Below, in pieces: positions 35,701 through 44,864 of a stretch of DNA of 64,000 bases. The notes under the pieces are model-generated. The model worked only from the letters and a program-made list of their open reading frames with translations. It did no database searches and was not told the DNA's origin. The stretch's first letter is position 1, and each line of letters begins with the position of its first letter. The position numbers were made by a program, and so were the translations under genes. The stretch comes from a virus (Duplodnaviria > Heunggongvirae > Uroviricota > Caudoviricetes): positions 69,404 to 133,403 of IMG/VR virus record IMGVR_UViG_3300001199_000001. One strand, 5' to 3'.

Positions 35701-36403
35701 AGGCGGCGGCATGATGGACATGCTGAAAAACGTTGGCCAGATCAGCTTGATGTCGATAATCGGCAAGGCTCTCGAAAAGAAGCCAAAGAAGGAAAAGCCG
35801 CTTCCGCCTATCCATGGCATCATCGGCGAAATGCGTGAGATCAGGACCACAGGTGAGTTCATTGAGGGCCATTCGAATCCCATCGCGGATGTCCTGAACA
35901 TGGCGCTCCAAATGGCTGGCGCGAGCTTCGGCGCTGGTAAGGGCGGCGTTTCCGGCAATAGCGGCATGGCCGCCAGTATCTTCGGCGACGGTACAAAGGG
36001 TAGTGGCTTCTCCCTGCCCGGTGCTAATACCGACTTCGCGAAAGGCGCCATGCAGTTTGCCAAGTTCGCCGGGTTCTCAGAAGGAGGCTACGCGACGAGC
36101 CCTGTCAGCTTCGTCAAAATGCCGACATGGCGTGACGCCCCGCACTACGCTGAAGGTACCGCCAACACCTCCGGCATCCCGGCGGTCCTGCACCCGAACG
36201 AAGCGGTCATCCCGCTCTCGCGCGGTCGCAAGATTCCTGTGGACATGGGCGACAGCGGTCGAAGCAAGTCCAACACCTTCGTCACCAACTTCACCATCAA
36301 TAGCCCTGACGCCAACAGCTTCCGCAAGTCGGAAGGTTCTATCCGCACTTCACAAAGCCGCACCCTCAAGCGTGCTGCCATGCGCAACCTGACGCCCAAC
36401 TGA
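29747..36403 (+). CDS. Tape measure protein with an internal lytic-transglycosylase-like domain
   Basis: 2218 aa, Ala/Gly-rich helical; tape-measure domain (QMIMKGKVSSEEFNRQIGEQIPG); IIQQES...AIGAGQM...YHAGP at ~32950-33340. Confidence 0.93.
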   Translation: MAENQLLALTVDTGQARVDLTALGRAFEQAANHARGFRETIKGATAGADKSLGGLAKSSEKLIATTNALSKVKLDGRTADNLVKFSKAMDAIAGTKTISKAKVTNFTSFVESLNRVTAGGSAASQLHAFAGAINAVANTKTISKAQAANLLAFNKALKGLVVPKGAAELGRLGTALASFKAPTTSQVTRLRSFFNVLGKFGAMAVPAGAIRSIAQLSTALSSLGNFSPPSPAKLQRIRDLFTMLSSIQRIPNASAIARDLDMIGQAAQRASNGFAGLPPRLGQAQQAMNKSRAGVMHLGNDLRGLSARFSLAYQSGTLFGTMFSAFTLGTFIRNIYEVNTQLQKLELSMFFASGSMAGAEKAMGSFSAMAYEMGLDMKKAADPFSRFVISAKTSGIELEKAQKIFGSVSKVLTVVGASSAQMELAFYGLSQMIMKGKVSSEEFNRQIGEQIPGNAVIGAKALSKLEGRFVSVAEFFKKMSLGAIMSKEFLIEYANALEERFGPMLELALERPAVKLAQLKNAFTIFAKEVGDAGFMAAVGSGLDTILDKIIVLDENKVPHLTAEAKKLAKEIGQNLGGIIRKTADAFAYMAENIDKVVLAAKALIALGLAKSVMGLGVAASSMATGGLQKGAKFLSPQAAAAMGGNPFAPVAAGAAGAAAAAGGRGAAGAASRGIFGRIAAPFTTALTAAGAARDAFANGTVAGNLRRTQRTLGSADRTGVMLRRAGLANSAMGMTGRAGVAARLTTAIPATAFAANVRGAGMLMGALGKLTKVTGLVGIAFGATALAMSVFSQKQVQLEGRTVKVGHILTGTFAVIGDKVKDAMEKASKGGGAFAKFLTYLQTNGGTLLAKLMAAFITFGEVIFNVFGGVADAMHTMLVKPLLEVVALVDAIMKKDWSKAGESAVSLVKGLLGGNIIKAGGQVVGGAKAGIDAVGNFDETYKSIVTQTGVAADAEAAELAKQKAKSDQMKQAELAMKAMDAADAQMVASQELVAAARILKANAADLDYADLHASLSSLADGSFMKGLIDKRPAGSTDPAGPAPVLDATGKPIAAIPIQTDRDSLRNIMDWAHSSIIQQESHGRAGAVGGQTQWGRAIGAGQMLESTAVSTANRHGVQYSRSKMLGKTEEDKAYQIDLSRKHFEDLFRDNHKKQFNSRPLTSEEFHSTLEKSILQYHAGPNEKLWGPNTYAYLRETLARTGLSMSGTTTGFNREDVQARLKQQGRIDGVAPNFQYLVAPGAQTAGNLIAGNTMPTIGAGGTGGATISEGEEETITKQRRANIERITSAMGRMNPYERANAEMFDWLAEWQKINDAEQKMLTAASQQGGDAAKEFKSLITPEVLADFERGYEIMMKKREEAANPLGKENRLMEDQLKIQKLIVSGMDDEAEWQGKLNALKEEFQVINEETLRTEKARFLQLKDMERVMRAQNMLKDMQETVRDRNMSPSQRQSTSYYRQTLQDITGKQSNSVTDLENGLSDGIKEAAKEVARLKEEIENPPGFQRWVQGLEPFAKRLEDIKATFVEDLSNGITDSLMGDKVDWRAIAKKAVRDMTKARVDEMLGQVMKNFGVGGKDKTLEGQMVTAQDKLNKMLEAQTGRLNSSIATNVQQSAAKLTSAGDHLIEAANALKMAAGKEPSPKDAAEEAAKAGKESAAPPQAGAGTTPTAANAGVTPYMHPGDLDQKVTEVEELVISAKRPDRSKTSFVDMLMPQIKDFAGGPNAKGGGFMKQILLMIGSAIGGKGDLKKSLGIYMGVNALGGVFKALTGKKGASAITEDVPEDVAEILTTPAQQMTEAATNHNTAAENQNTAAQKTLEGAVKLGEGSDQLKAAANAVSKMAASGGGSGGGGGDVAAAIKQAGSVVASSGGSGGGYYSDGSNNALDDLVNSSMDRSGDWGGFQPHSMPSAEFVPQDMIDMSQVQPFDAPISGDSGGGMMSSIMSMGSKLMSMFSGGSGGGGASGGDGGGMMSSITSMFGGGEGGGGGEGGGMMDMLKNVGQISLMSIIGKALEKKPKKEKPLPPIHGIIGEMREIRTTGEFIEGHSNPIADVLNMALQMAGASFGAGKGGVSGNSGMAASIFGDGTKGSGFSLPGANTDFAKGAMQFAKFAGFSEGGYATSPVSFVKMPTWRDAPHYAEGTANTSGIPAVLHPNEAVIPLSRGRKIPVDMGDSGRSKSNTFVTNFTINSPDANSFRKSEGSIRTSQSRTLKRAAMRNLTPN

Positions 36404-36518
36404 GTCACAATAAGTGACCCGGTTGAGTCAATCTCCTTAACATCTCATGTCGCAATCCTTGACGCCTGTCACTTAATATGACAGGTTTCAGGTCCCTCGA
36501 CACATTCCCGGTGATATC

Positions 36519-37247
36519 GTGCCAGCCTTCCATGAGGTTCTTTTCCCGACCAAGATTTCCTACGGCTCGTCTGGCGGGCCGAAGTTCAGTACGTTTATCT
36601 TCACCGCTGACTCAGGGTTCGAAAACCGTACGATTCACTGGGAAGAGGTCCGGGCTGAATATAACGCCGCCTTCGGTATCAAAGACCATGCCGACATGGA
36701 TGAGATGCGCGCGTTTTTCATGTGTCGCCGGGGGAGGGCCTATGGTTTCCGCTTCAAGGATTGGGGCGATTTTAAATTAAGTCTCCAGGTCATCGGCGAG
36801 GGCGATGGGACTGAGACGGAATTTCAAATCGTCAAGACCTACATCTCGGCGCAGACCGAGTCCGGCGATACCCGTACGTACACGCGGAAAATTCACAAAA
36901 TAGCGTGGGACACCATCGCAGGTGTGACCGTAGGCGGTGTCGTCGTAACCTCGCCGGACGATTACACCGTCGATCACAACACGGGGATCATCACCTTCGC
37001 CGATCCTCCGCCGTTCGGAGATGCCATCCAGATCGGCTACGGCGAGTTCCATGTGCCGGTCAGATTCGACACCGACGTTCTCGATGCCCAGCACGAGTTT
37101 TGGAATACGGAAAGCTGGCCTGATATCCCGCTCGTTGAGGATCGTATGGGCTGGGCCGACCTATTCACCTTCGGCATCCAAGCCACTGTCGCTGCCGGGT
37201 TCTCTGACCCGCCGACCTTCGGCACGCCTACGGTGTCCAACGCCTAA
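36519..37247 (+). CDS. Distal tail protein, DUF2460 (GTA g12-like), copy 1
   Basis: FHEVLFP..ISYGS.GGP.F.T...SGFE.R...GFRFKDW.D...EFHVPVRFDTD. Confidence 0.92.
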   Translation: MPAFHEVLFPTKISYGSSGGPKFSTFIFTADSGFENRTIHWEEVRAEYNAAFGIKDHADMDEMRAFFMCRRGRAYGFRFKDWGDFKLSLQVIGEGDGTETEFQIVKTYISAQTESGDTRTYTRKIHKIAWDTIAGVTVGGVVVTSPDDYTVDHNTGIITFADPPPFGDAIQIGYGEFHVPVRFDTDVLDAQHEFWNTESWPDIPLVEDRMGWADLFTFGIQATVAAGFSDPPTFGTPTVSNA

Positions 37248-37984
37248 TGGTTACGATTCCCTACGAAAGACCCGAACCATACGCCCTTCTCGACTTCGAG
37301 AACGGTGAGTATCGACTCGCCAATGCGCCAAGCACGGCTGGGGCGATGATCAGTGACACGTCAAACATCGCTGATGGCGCTCTCCGCCTTTCTGCGGGCG
37401 AGTACGTAAGCATCATCGGCGATCTCCTAGACATGTTGATTGACCTGCAATGGACTGTCGTCATCAAGATTGCTCACCCTCTGCCAACCATCGCCTTTTC
37501 CGTTTTCCACTCGGCGCTACAGCACAGGGTCAGTCTAGCTGGCGACACCCTGTCGGCGAAAATCATGCGGGACGACGGCTTTTCTTACGGGGACTTTGTT
37601 CTATTCGAATCTCCAGCTAGAGCGGCTGAGCTTTATGAGACAGCAACACTCACTGCGCATGAGACAATAGATTATTATAACTATTGTATTTCATACGACA
37701 ATATAACTGAGACTTTATTGAATTGTGTCAGTGGAGGGCAAGGTTTTGTTATAGGGGAAACTATCTATCCCTGGACCTCAGACGAGGAGGTCGATTATTA
37801 TGCCAGTCATTTACTCGAAGTAGACAGTGCCTCCATTGGAGCCCTAGGAACCAACATTAACAACACGGATATCGTCATCTACAAACTCGAAGTTTTCGAA
37901 AGACAACCCGATGACGAATTACCGTACCTCTCTTATGACGAAATCGAGCCCGTCCTTCTTTACCCCTACGAAGCAGTCCGCTGA
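37247..37984 (+). CDS. Hypothetical tail-associated protein
   Basis: Translationally coupled between the two DUF2460 genes. Confidence 0.65.
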   Translation: MVTIPYERPEPYALLDFENGEYRLANAPSTAGAMISDTSNIADGALRLSAGEYVSIIGDLLDMLIDLQWTVVIKIAHPLPTIAFSVFHSALQHRVSLAGDTLSAKIMRDDGFSYGDFVLFESPARAAELYETATLTAHETIDYYNYCISYDNITETLLNCVSGGQGFVIGETIYPWTSDEEVDYYASHLLEVDSASIGALGTNINNTDIVIYKLEVFERQPDDELPYLSYDEIEPVLLYPYEAVR

Positions 37985-38622
37985 TGTTTGATGAAATTCT
38001 TTTCCCTGAAGAAATCAGCTACGGCTCCACTGGCGGCCCGAAGTTCAAGACTTCGGTCTTCACCGCTGCGTCGGGCTTCGAACAACGCAATGTCGATTGG
38101 TCCCGTGCCCGATACGAATTCAACGCGCAATGTGGCATTCGCCACGTTGACGATATGGAATTCGTCCGCAGGTTCTTCATGGCCCGCAACGGCAAGGCTG
38201 TCGGATTCAGGTTCAAGGATTGGGCGGATTACCGGTTGATAGAGGAGTTGATCGGCACTGGCGACGGAGCCGAAACCGATTACCAAATCATCAAAACCTA
38301 CACCTCGGATCAAGGCGCATCGGGTGAGAGCTATAGCTTCGTGCGTGCTATCAACAAGCCAGCCTGGGACACGCTCGAAGTATCTGTCGGTGGAGTCATC
38401 TTAAGTGAAACCACGGATTATGAGGTCGCCTATTCCAGCGGCCTGATCGTCTTTTCGACCCCTCCGGCTGATGGGGATGAAATCACCGTCTCCGGTGAAT
38501 TCCACGTTCCCGTGCGGTTCGACACCGACCAACTGAACATCGAACACGACGGCTACAACGCCCAATCGTGGCCTTCAGTCCCTTTGATAGAAGACTTTAA
38601 CTGGGAAGAGATTTTGTTTTGA
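37984..38622 (+). CDS. Distal tail protein, DUF2460, copy 2
   Basis: Same motif set as copy 1. Confidence 0.92.
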   Translation: MFDEILFPEEISYGSTGGPKFKTSVFTAASGFEQRNVDWSRARYEFNAQCGIRHVDDMEFVRRFFMARNGKAVGFRFKDWADYRLIEELIGTGDGAETDYQIIKTYTSDQGASGESYSFVRAINKPAWDTLEVSVGGVILSETTDYEVAYSSGLIVFSTPPADGDEITVSGEFHVPVRFDTDQLNIEHDGYNAQSWPSVPLIEDFNWEEILF

Positions 38623-40298
38623 AGGATATCTCCACAGCCTTAGCAACACATCTTAAGCAACAGGTCACCACGGTGTGCACCTGTGTCTCTATCCGTCGTA
38701 AGCGGGACGATGTGTCGTACCATTTCACGGATCATGACCGCCCTCTGACCATTCAGGGTCAGCGGTTCATGCCCTACAATTCGTTCCAGCGTTTTTCGGT
38801 GAACTCCAGCGTCGATATGGATGTCGATGGTATGGAAATTCGCGGCATGATCCGCGAGAGTGGCATCGAGCGGGAGAGCGTCGCTTCGGGTCTTTTCGAC
38901 TTTGCTGAAGTCGAAGTTTTTCTGATCAATTACGAAGAGCCTGATGAAGGGTCGCTGATCCTGCGGCGCGGCTGGCTCGGCGAAGTCGTCATGGATGAGG
39001 ACGGGACTTTCCGCGCTGAAATCCGTGGACTGTCTCAGGTCTACGCTACGCGCGTTGGCGAGGCGTACTCGCCGGAATGTCGGGCCGACCTAGGCGACCG
39101 TCGTTGTAAGATCGGCCTCAGCCCGGAGCCTTGGAAAGCCAACACCAATTACTGCACAGGCGACAGCGTACTCGGCGTGGTCGAGGCAGCCAACGCCTAC
39201 CTCAACGTCTCAATCGAAAACCACAGTTTCGAGGAAGACCTCAATCAAGACTCCATTCGCGACATCACCGGGTGGACGACGCGGGGAGATTCGACGGGCG
39301 AATGGGCTATCGTCGCCAGCGCGAACGTTGCCGGTATTTCCGGCCCCCGTCATGGCGATTATTTTATCATCCACATCAACCCGATGGAAAATTCCCGTTC
39401 GCGTAACCTCGCAATCTATCAGGACATTGACCTAGTCGATCAGGGCGTCCTGATCTCTGATCTCGACACTGGCCTTTGCCGAGTGGTCTTTGAGATGTGG
39501 GCCGCCTGTCTTTTGATCGACCACCGCTGCCAATATCGCATGCGGCTATACGCTCTTAACGACGCAGACGGCATCATCGGCGGCACGCCGATATGGGACA
39601 CCGGGTACAAATACACAGCCTATGACAGGTGGTACCAAACCCGTGTGCAAGACCGACTACTCCCGGTAGGGACACGAAAAGTACGCATCGACATCGAATC
39701 TCAGAAGCAGGGCTTCAAGCCAGAAGGCTGCGCATTCGACCTCGCTCGGATGATCGTCAACACACCGTCTGGTACGTTCTCCAATGCCGATCAATATGCA
39801 GGCGTGATGTTCCAATGCATTACCGCAGGCACATCTGGGGACTCCGAGCCTAGCTGGACGAATGCCATCGGCAACACCTTCTCGGACGGCTCGGTCGTTT
39901 GGAGATGCGTTAATGGCTGGAAATCCATCGGGGTGGTCAGTATTATCGACGAGGACGCACCGAAGGAATTCAACGTCACGGGATTGGTTAACCTCACGGG
40001 TTACTTCGATGGCGGCCTCCTCCAATGGGAGACTGGACAAAATGCCGGGCGGGTTCAGGAGGTCTTCACCTACGTAAATGACGGTGGCGTCAGCATAAAG
40101 CTGTTCCAGCGGACCTTCTACCCCATCACCGTGGGTGATCGGTTCGTCGTCCACCCTGGTTGCGATAAGCGCCGGGCGACCTGTTCCGACAAGTTCTCCA
40201 ACATCATCAATTTCCGAGGTGAGCCGGACGTACCGGGAACCGATGAGTATATGCGTACGCCGAACGCCAGCGGCGGAATGCAGTTCACGTCGCGGTAG
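38619..40298 (+). CDS. Baseplate hub protein DUF2163/BR0599 (GTA g13-like) with a large insertion
   Basis: Y.FTDHDR.L, YSPECRADLGD..C, PGCDK...TC..KF.N..NFRGEP.VPG. Confidence 0.92.
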   Translation: MKDISTALATHLKQQVTTVCTCVSIRRKRDDVSYHFTDHDRPLTIQGQRFMPYNSFQRFSVNSSVDMDVDGMEIRGMIRESGIERESVASGLFDFAEVEVFLINYEEPDEGSLILRRGWLGEVVMDEDGTFRAEIRGLSQVYATRVGEAYSPECRADLGDRRCKIGLSPEPWKANTNYCTGDSVLGVVEAANAYLNVSIENHSFEEDLNQDSIRDITGWTTRGDSTGEWAIVASANVAGISGPRHGDYFIIHINPMENSRSRNLAIYQDIDLVDQGVLISDLDTGLCRVVFEMWAACLLIDHRCQYRMRLYALNDADGIIGGTPIWDTGYKYTAYDRWYQTRVQDRLLPVGTRKVRIDIESQKQGFKPEGCAFDLARMIVNTPSGTFSNADQYAGVMFQCITAGTSGDSEPSWTNAIGNTFSDGSVVWRCVNGWKSIGVVSIIDEDAPKEFNVTGLVNLTGYFDGGLLQWETGQNAGRVQEVFTYVNDGGVSIKLFQRTFYPITVGDRFVVHPGCDKRRATCSDKFSNIINFRGEPDVPGTDEYMRTPNASGGMQFTSR

Positions 40299-40301
40299 CC
40301 G

Positions 40302-40724
40302 ATGACCAGAGATGAAATCTGCACGGAGGCACGGCGTTTTCGCGATTTGAAGACTAAGTGGCGTCATATGGGCCGGAACGAGCAGGCATTAGATTGCCTC
40401 GGCTTGTTGGTGATGATCGCTAAGAAATTCGAAATCCCCTACGTTGAGCCGGAGGAGAACTACCGGAGGACACCGGACAGCAACCTTCTGGTCGAGATGT
40501 TGACGAGTCAGCTTATTCTGAGACGCCCGCCTTTGAAGATAGGCATGGCTGTCGCCCTTCGTGACAAGGTTCAGCCGGTACACGTCGGTATTATCGGCGA
40601 ACGCTACGGTGAGCTTTCGTTGATCCACGCGTGCGCCTCTCGTGGCTATGTTTATGAAGAGCCGTGGGCTAACTGGTCATCGCGTCTGCGTATGTGCCTC
40701 GACTTCCCCGGTGTGGAGGACTGA
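40302..40724 (+). CDS. NlpC/P60 tail-associated peptidase (GTA g14-like)
   Basis: W.H.GR....LDCLGL...HVGI...LIHA. Confidence 0.9.
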   Translation: MTRDEICTEARRFRDLKTKWRHMGRNEQALDCLGLLVMIAKKFEIPYVEPEENYRRTPDSNLLVEMLTSQLILRRPPLKIGMAVALRDKVQPVHVGIIGERYGELSLIHACASRGYVYEEPWANWSSRLRMCLDFPGVED

Positions 40725-43700
40725 GTGGCCGATCCGTTTACATGGTTCATTGTTTCCACCATCGCTCAAGTCGGAATCAGTTATCTGTTCCCGGCTGAAG
40801 GGCCGCGTATGCGTGACCTGCGGGTCTCGGCATCGACATATGGTGCGACAATCCCCATTGTCTTCGGCACAGCCCGCGTTGCCGGTAACCTAATTTGGTC
40901 CGCAGGCATCACCGAGAAAAAGCAGAAAAAGAAAGCCGGTAAAGGCGGCGGCTATTATAACGAATATACGTACTACGCGAGTTGCGCCTACGCCTTCTGC
41001 CAAGGCCCGGTCACAGCCATCATGCGCATCTGGGCGGATTCCAAGCTGATCTATTCCTCCAGAACGGAAGATAAGCGGAATTCGACAAGCGAACAGTTTC
41101 AGGCGAACCTCGCTAATTTACAACTAATATCAGATGCGATCAGAAGCAGCTTCGCTACAGACCAGGGCGCTAAAACTATCTCAGGATGGTCGACGAAGTT
41201 CGGAAACACCGTCCGCAACAGCTTTTACCTAGGGACGGAAGAGCAGCTTCCTGATCCCGTTATCGAGGCGATTGAAGGTGTCAATAACGTCCCGGCATAT
41301 CGTGGTCTTTGCTACATGGTGGTTAAGGACTTCCCACTCGCTGACTTCGGTAACCGAATTCCCCAATGCGCGGCCGAGGTTTTGGCAGGGGAATCCGACA
41401 ACAAAATCCGTAGAGTAGGTCTCGACGAACATGTTTATGATTGGAATGCTGAGCAGCGCGATGACGATTGGACCTACTACGATCCTTCCGCAGACGGGTC
41501 AGGGACCAAGCATATAATCGACTGGTCTAGAAGCCTTATGTATGGGCAGGGCCGGGAGACATATATAGGCTACGACGATGACGGAAACGTCGTCCAGAGT
41601 AATGATTATTACAGACATGAAGACGGTATATCCGTCTGGGATATGGTGTCCGGCAAGTTGAAGCGGTGGATTCCAGCGAGTGTTTTTATCCCGAGAGAGA
41701 TGTACAGCATCGAGGGAGACGGTCTAGGTGCCTACGGGGCCACAGGTGTTTATAGTTATTATGGATGGTGGGGGACTCACTTTCCGTCGTTGAGTACCAA
41801 CACTGACGCTAACCAACCGTATTTCCGTCTTCTAACGATTACGCCTGACGGGCTGCCAGTCATCGAATATTCTGGATGTTACGCGTTTGGGGAAGCGTTC
41901 ACGGTCAGGATCGCAACACTCAATCCGTACACCTTGCGTCGACATAAAGACACCATGACCGCTATCGTCGACGATAGCGAGTACGAACAGCCAGTGATGC
42001 TACCTGAGGAGGACAGGGAACAGCCTGTTGATCTCGGCGGCGGATGGATCATCCGAAGCCCTTCGTTGACCAGTCCGCTGGATTCAGTCTGCAAGACTGT
42101 GGATGGAAAATCCTACCTTTTGCATATATCCGAAGGGTATTCAGTCACTGCACCGGTTTATTACGATATGCCGTGGAGTTCGACTGCTTATTGGCGCAGA
42201 TATTACATAATCGACCTTGACCGTGGTCAAATGGTAATTGCCGGTATGCTCCCTTATCAGAGCGCCGACTATTTCCTTCTACACGGGATTGTGCCTGTGC
42301 ATGGGCGCAAGGACCCAACATGGTACGTACGTACCCAATATTATAATGTGTATGATGGGTACAAATCCAGTGGAGAGCCCGGCCATCTCCTGGAGGGAAA
42401 CGAAGTCGTTGAGCTACCGCTTTATCGGGTGACTCCCAATGGTTGGGAAATGATCATCAGCGCGGCTATTGAGGAACATCCACAAGGTACCGGCCAAGGC
42501 TCATTTCCGGCTTACTGGTACGGCCCCCGCGCGATCTTCTACGATGTTAACGATCCAGGCGTTATCACTATATGGTGGAATGGCGGTCGTTTTTGGTTGC
42601 ATAAGTGGTCGGAAGACACTGAAGAAACTCTTTATAATATAGAATACACCGAAATCAGTCCGTCCACAGCCAATCCTGAGGTGGAGTATAGCGATTACAA
42701 TACTGATTGGGACAATGCCGGACAAAGCGACTACGGTGTTGTTGTTTCCGGCGTCTTGTACGATAGCTGGCTCGCGTGGCCGACTACCGTAGAAAATTTT
42801 GTAAAAATTCACACATTCGACACAACGACTGGCGCATATAAAGACTACAGGATGTCTGAACCCTGTCAAATACTCGCCCTCGATCCGGATGATGCTGACA
42901 CGGCAAATATAGAAGAGGAGATAATATTCGACGGTGAGATTGGGTACTACGACTATCTCTACAATAGCGTATTATACATAGCACCAGACAGCGGTTTTGG
43001 TCTTGAATGGTCTTTCGACACGATCACGGCGCGGTTAGTTGTTGCCGGAAGAAACCCAATAACGTTGATTTACGACTTTTCGACTTTGGTCAACAAACCG
43101 TTGAGCCTGGGCGATATCGTGGAACGTCTCTTGCGCCTTGGCGGCCTAAAGCAGAGAGACTTCAATCTCGGGCCTTTATACGATGTCCCGGTGACGGGTT
43201 ACGGCTTTGCGAATATCACCGATATTCGCGCGATCATCGACGATCTACGCAGACTGTTCGTGTTTGATCTTCGGGAGAGCAATGGACAAATCACCGCTAG
43301 CATTCGAGGCGACTCTGAGCCGGTAGAGACCATCCCCCAAGCCCTGCTTGGCGGGCAGGAAAATTCCGCTGGCTGGCTGGAGACACGCGTACAAGAAGCC
43401 GAACTGCCCGAACGCGTCCAGCTAGTCTACATGAATTACAGCCGAGACTTTGAAAACGCTACGGCGACCAGCAAGCGGATCACAAATCCGATGCCCTCGA
43501 TGTTTTCTCGCCAGCAATTTCAAATCACGTCAAACGCCATATTCACACCCAAAGAGGCAAAACAACGCGTCACCAAGATGCTCTATACCCAATGGTTGGA
43601 GCGCACCAAGCACGACACCGTATTGCCGTGGGCGTTCCTTACTCTCGACCCCGGCGATACCGTCACTGTCAATATGGACGACGGGCGTAGTTATATCGAG

Positions 43701-44843
43701 CGCATCCAGCGTGTTGAAATGGGCGCCGATCTAAACCTCGCAACCGAGACGTTTGGACAAGACTCCGGTGCTTACGAGGTGATCGATATCGAAGCCGATG
43801 GGGGCAACGGACCGACACAGCCCGCGTTGCCGGAGCCGGGCGTCGCCATCCCGCTTGTGTACAACGGACCTCTTCTGCGCGACGCGGATGACGCTGGCGG
43901 CGGGGTGTCGATGTACTACACCGCCGTGGGTTCTGTCGAAGGCTCTCCGTGGCGCAACGGCACTCTGTGGCGTTCAGTCAACAACCTAGATTACGAACCT
44001 CTTTATTCCGAGAGCGATGAAGCCGAGTGGGCCATTACAACCTACGCCACGCCCGCGCCATTGTACGGCATCGGCGGCATCGACTGGGACACCGAAATCA
44101 CCTTGAGCCCGCAAGTCGATTGGTTTGATCTGTCGTCGATCACCACCGAAGAACTTTGGGCAGGCGGCAACCCTGCGATCCTTGGTGGCGAGCTTATTCA
44201 GTTCCGGGATGCTGTTCAGGCCTACGATGGTAGCTGGATCATCAAAACGCTTCTACGCGGTCGACGTGGAACGGAGTATGCTGCCTATACGCATGATGGC
44301 GGCGAATCCTTCATCACCCTTGATCCTCTATGGATAACAGGGAACGCGGAAAGCCTGGACGCCGCAGGTCAGACGCGGTGGTTCGCTGCTTCTACCGCAG
44401 GGGTAGCGGTAAGCGATGTCGTCGCCGATTCCATCGTCTATTATCCACGAGACCTGATGCCATACTCGCCCGTTCACATCGAACGTGAATTCGCCAGCGG
44501 ATTTGGCTCGAATATCACCATCTCGTGGACGCGCCGTACGCGCACAGGAGGCGGCTGGCAGGATGCGGTGGGAGATGTCCCGCTTAAAGAGACCGTGGAG
44601 GCCTACGAGGTCTATATACTGGGTACCGAGTACACGGGTGATCCTTCTATGCCCCTGGAGCCTGCCGAGTACCTTCGCCTGTATCATGTGACCGGAGCGA
44701 CGGAAATCGTCTATACGGCCAGTGAACAAGGCGAAGATGGATTTGATGCTGAAAACGACACCTTATATGTGGTCGTTTTCCAAATCTCTGGTACGGTCGG
44801 TAGAGGGTTCCCCGGTGTTGTCGCTATCAGCCCTATTGAATGA
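40725..44843 (+). CDS. Central tail fibre/megatron (GTA g15-like), copy 1
   Basis: STYG..IP.VFGT.R..GN.IW, PAYRGL.Y.V, FGNRIP, LLRGRRGTE. Confidence 0.9.
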   Translation: MADPFTWFIVSTIAQVGISYLFPAEGPRMRDLRVSASTYGATIPIVFGTARVAGNLIWSAGITEKKQKKKAGKGGGYYNEYTYYASCAYAFCQGPVTAIMRIWADSKLIYSSRTEDKRNSTSEQFQANLANLQLISDAIRSSFATDQGAKTISGWSTKFGNTVRNSFYLGTEEQLPDPVIEAIEGVNNVPAYRGLCYMVVKDFPLADFGNRIPQCAAEVLAGESDNKIRRVGLDEHVYDWNAEQRDDDWTYYDPSADGSGTKHIIDWSRSLMYGQGRETYIGYDDDGNVVQSNDYYRHEDGISVWDMVSGKLKRWIPASVFIPREMYSIEGDGLGAYGATGVYSYYGWWGTHFPSLSTNTDANQPYFRLLTITPDGLPVIEYSGCYAFGEAFTVRIATLNPYTLRRHKDTMTAIVDDSEYEQPVMLPEEDREQPVDLGGGWIIRSPSLTSPLDSVCKTVDGKSYLLHISEGYSVTAPVYYDMPWSSTAYWRRYYIIDLDRGQMVIAGMLPYQSADYFLLHGIVPVHGRKDPTWYVRTQYYNVYDGYKSSGEPGHLLEGNEVVELPLYRVTPNGWEMIISAAIEEHPQGTGQGSFPAYWYGPRAIFYDVNDPGVITIWWNGGRFWLHKWSEDTEETLYNIEYTEISPSTANPEVEYSDYNTDWDNAGQSDYGVVVSGVLYDSWLAWPTTVENFVKIHTFDTTTGAYKDYRMSEPCQILALDPDDADTANIEEEIIFDGEIGYYDYLYNSVLYIAPDSGFGLEWSFDTITARLVVAGRNPITLIYDFSTLVNKPLSLGDIVERLLRLGGLKQRDFNLGPLYDVPVTGYGFANITDIRAIIDDLRRLFVFDLRESNGQITASIRGDSEPVETIPQALLGGQENSAGWLETRVQEAELPERVQLVYMNYSRDFENATATSKRITNPMPSMFSRQQFQITSNAIFTPKEAKQRVTKMLYTQWLERTKHDTVLPWAFLTLDPGDTVTVNMDDGRSYIERIQRVEMGADLNLATETFGQDSGAYEVIDIEADGGNGPTQPALPEPGVAIPLVYNGPLLRDADDAGGGVSMYYTAVGSVEGSPWRNGTLWRSVNNLDYEPLYSESDEAEWAITTYATPAPLYGIGGIDWDTEITLSPQVDWFDLSSITTEELWAGGNPAILGGELIQFRDAVQAYDGSWIIKTLLRGRRGTEYAAYTHDGGESFITLDPLWITGNAESLDAAGQTRWFAASTAGVAVSDVVADSIVYYPRDLMPYSPVHIEREFASGFGSNITISWTRRTRTGGGWQDAVGDVPLKETVEAYEVYILGTEYTGDPSMPLEPAEYLRLYHVTGATEIVYTASEQGEDGFDAENDTLYVVVFQISGTVGRGFPGVVAISPIE

Positions 44844-44864
44844 GTCATTATAAGTGAGTAGACC

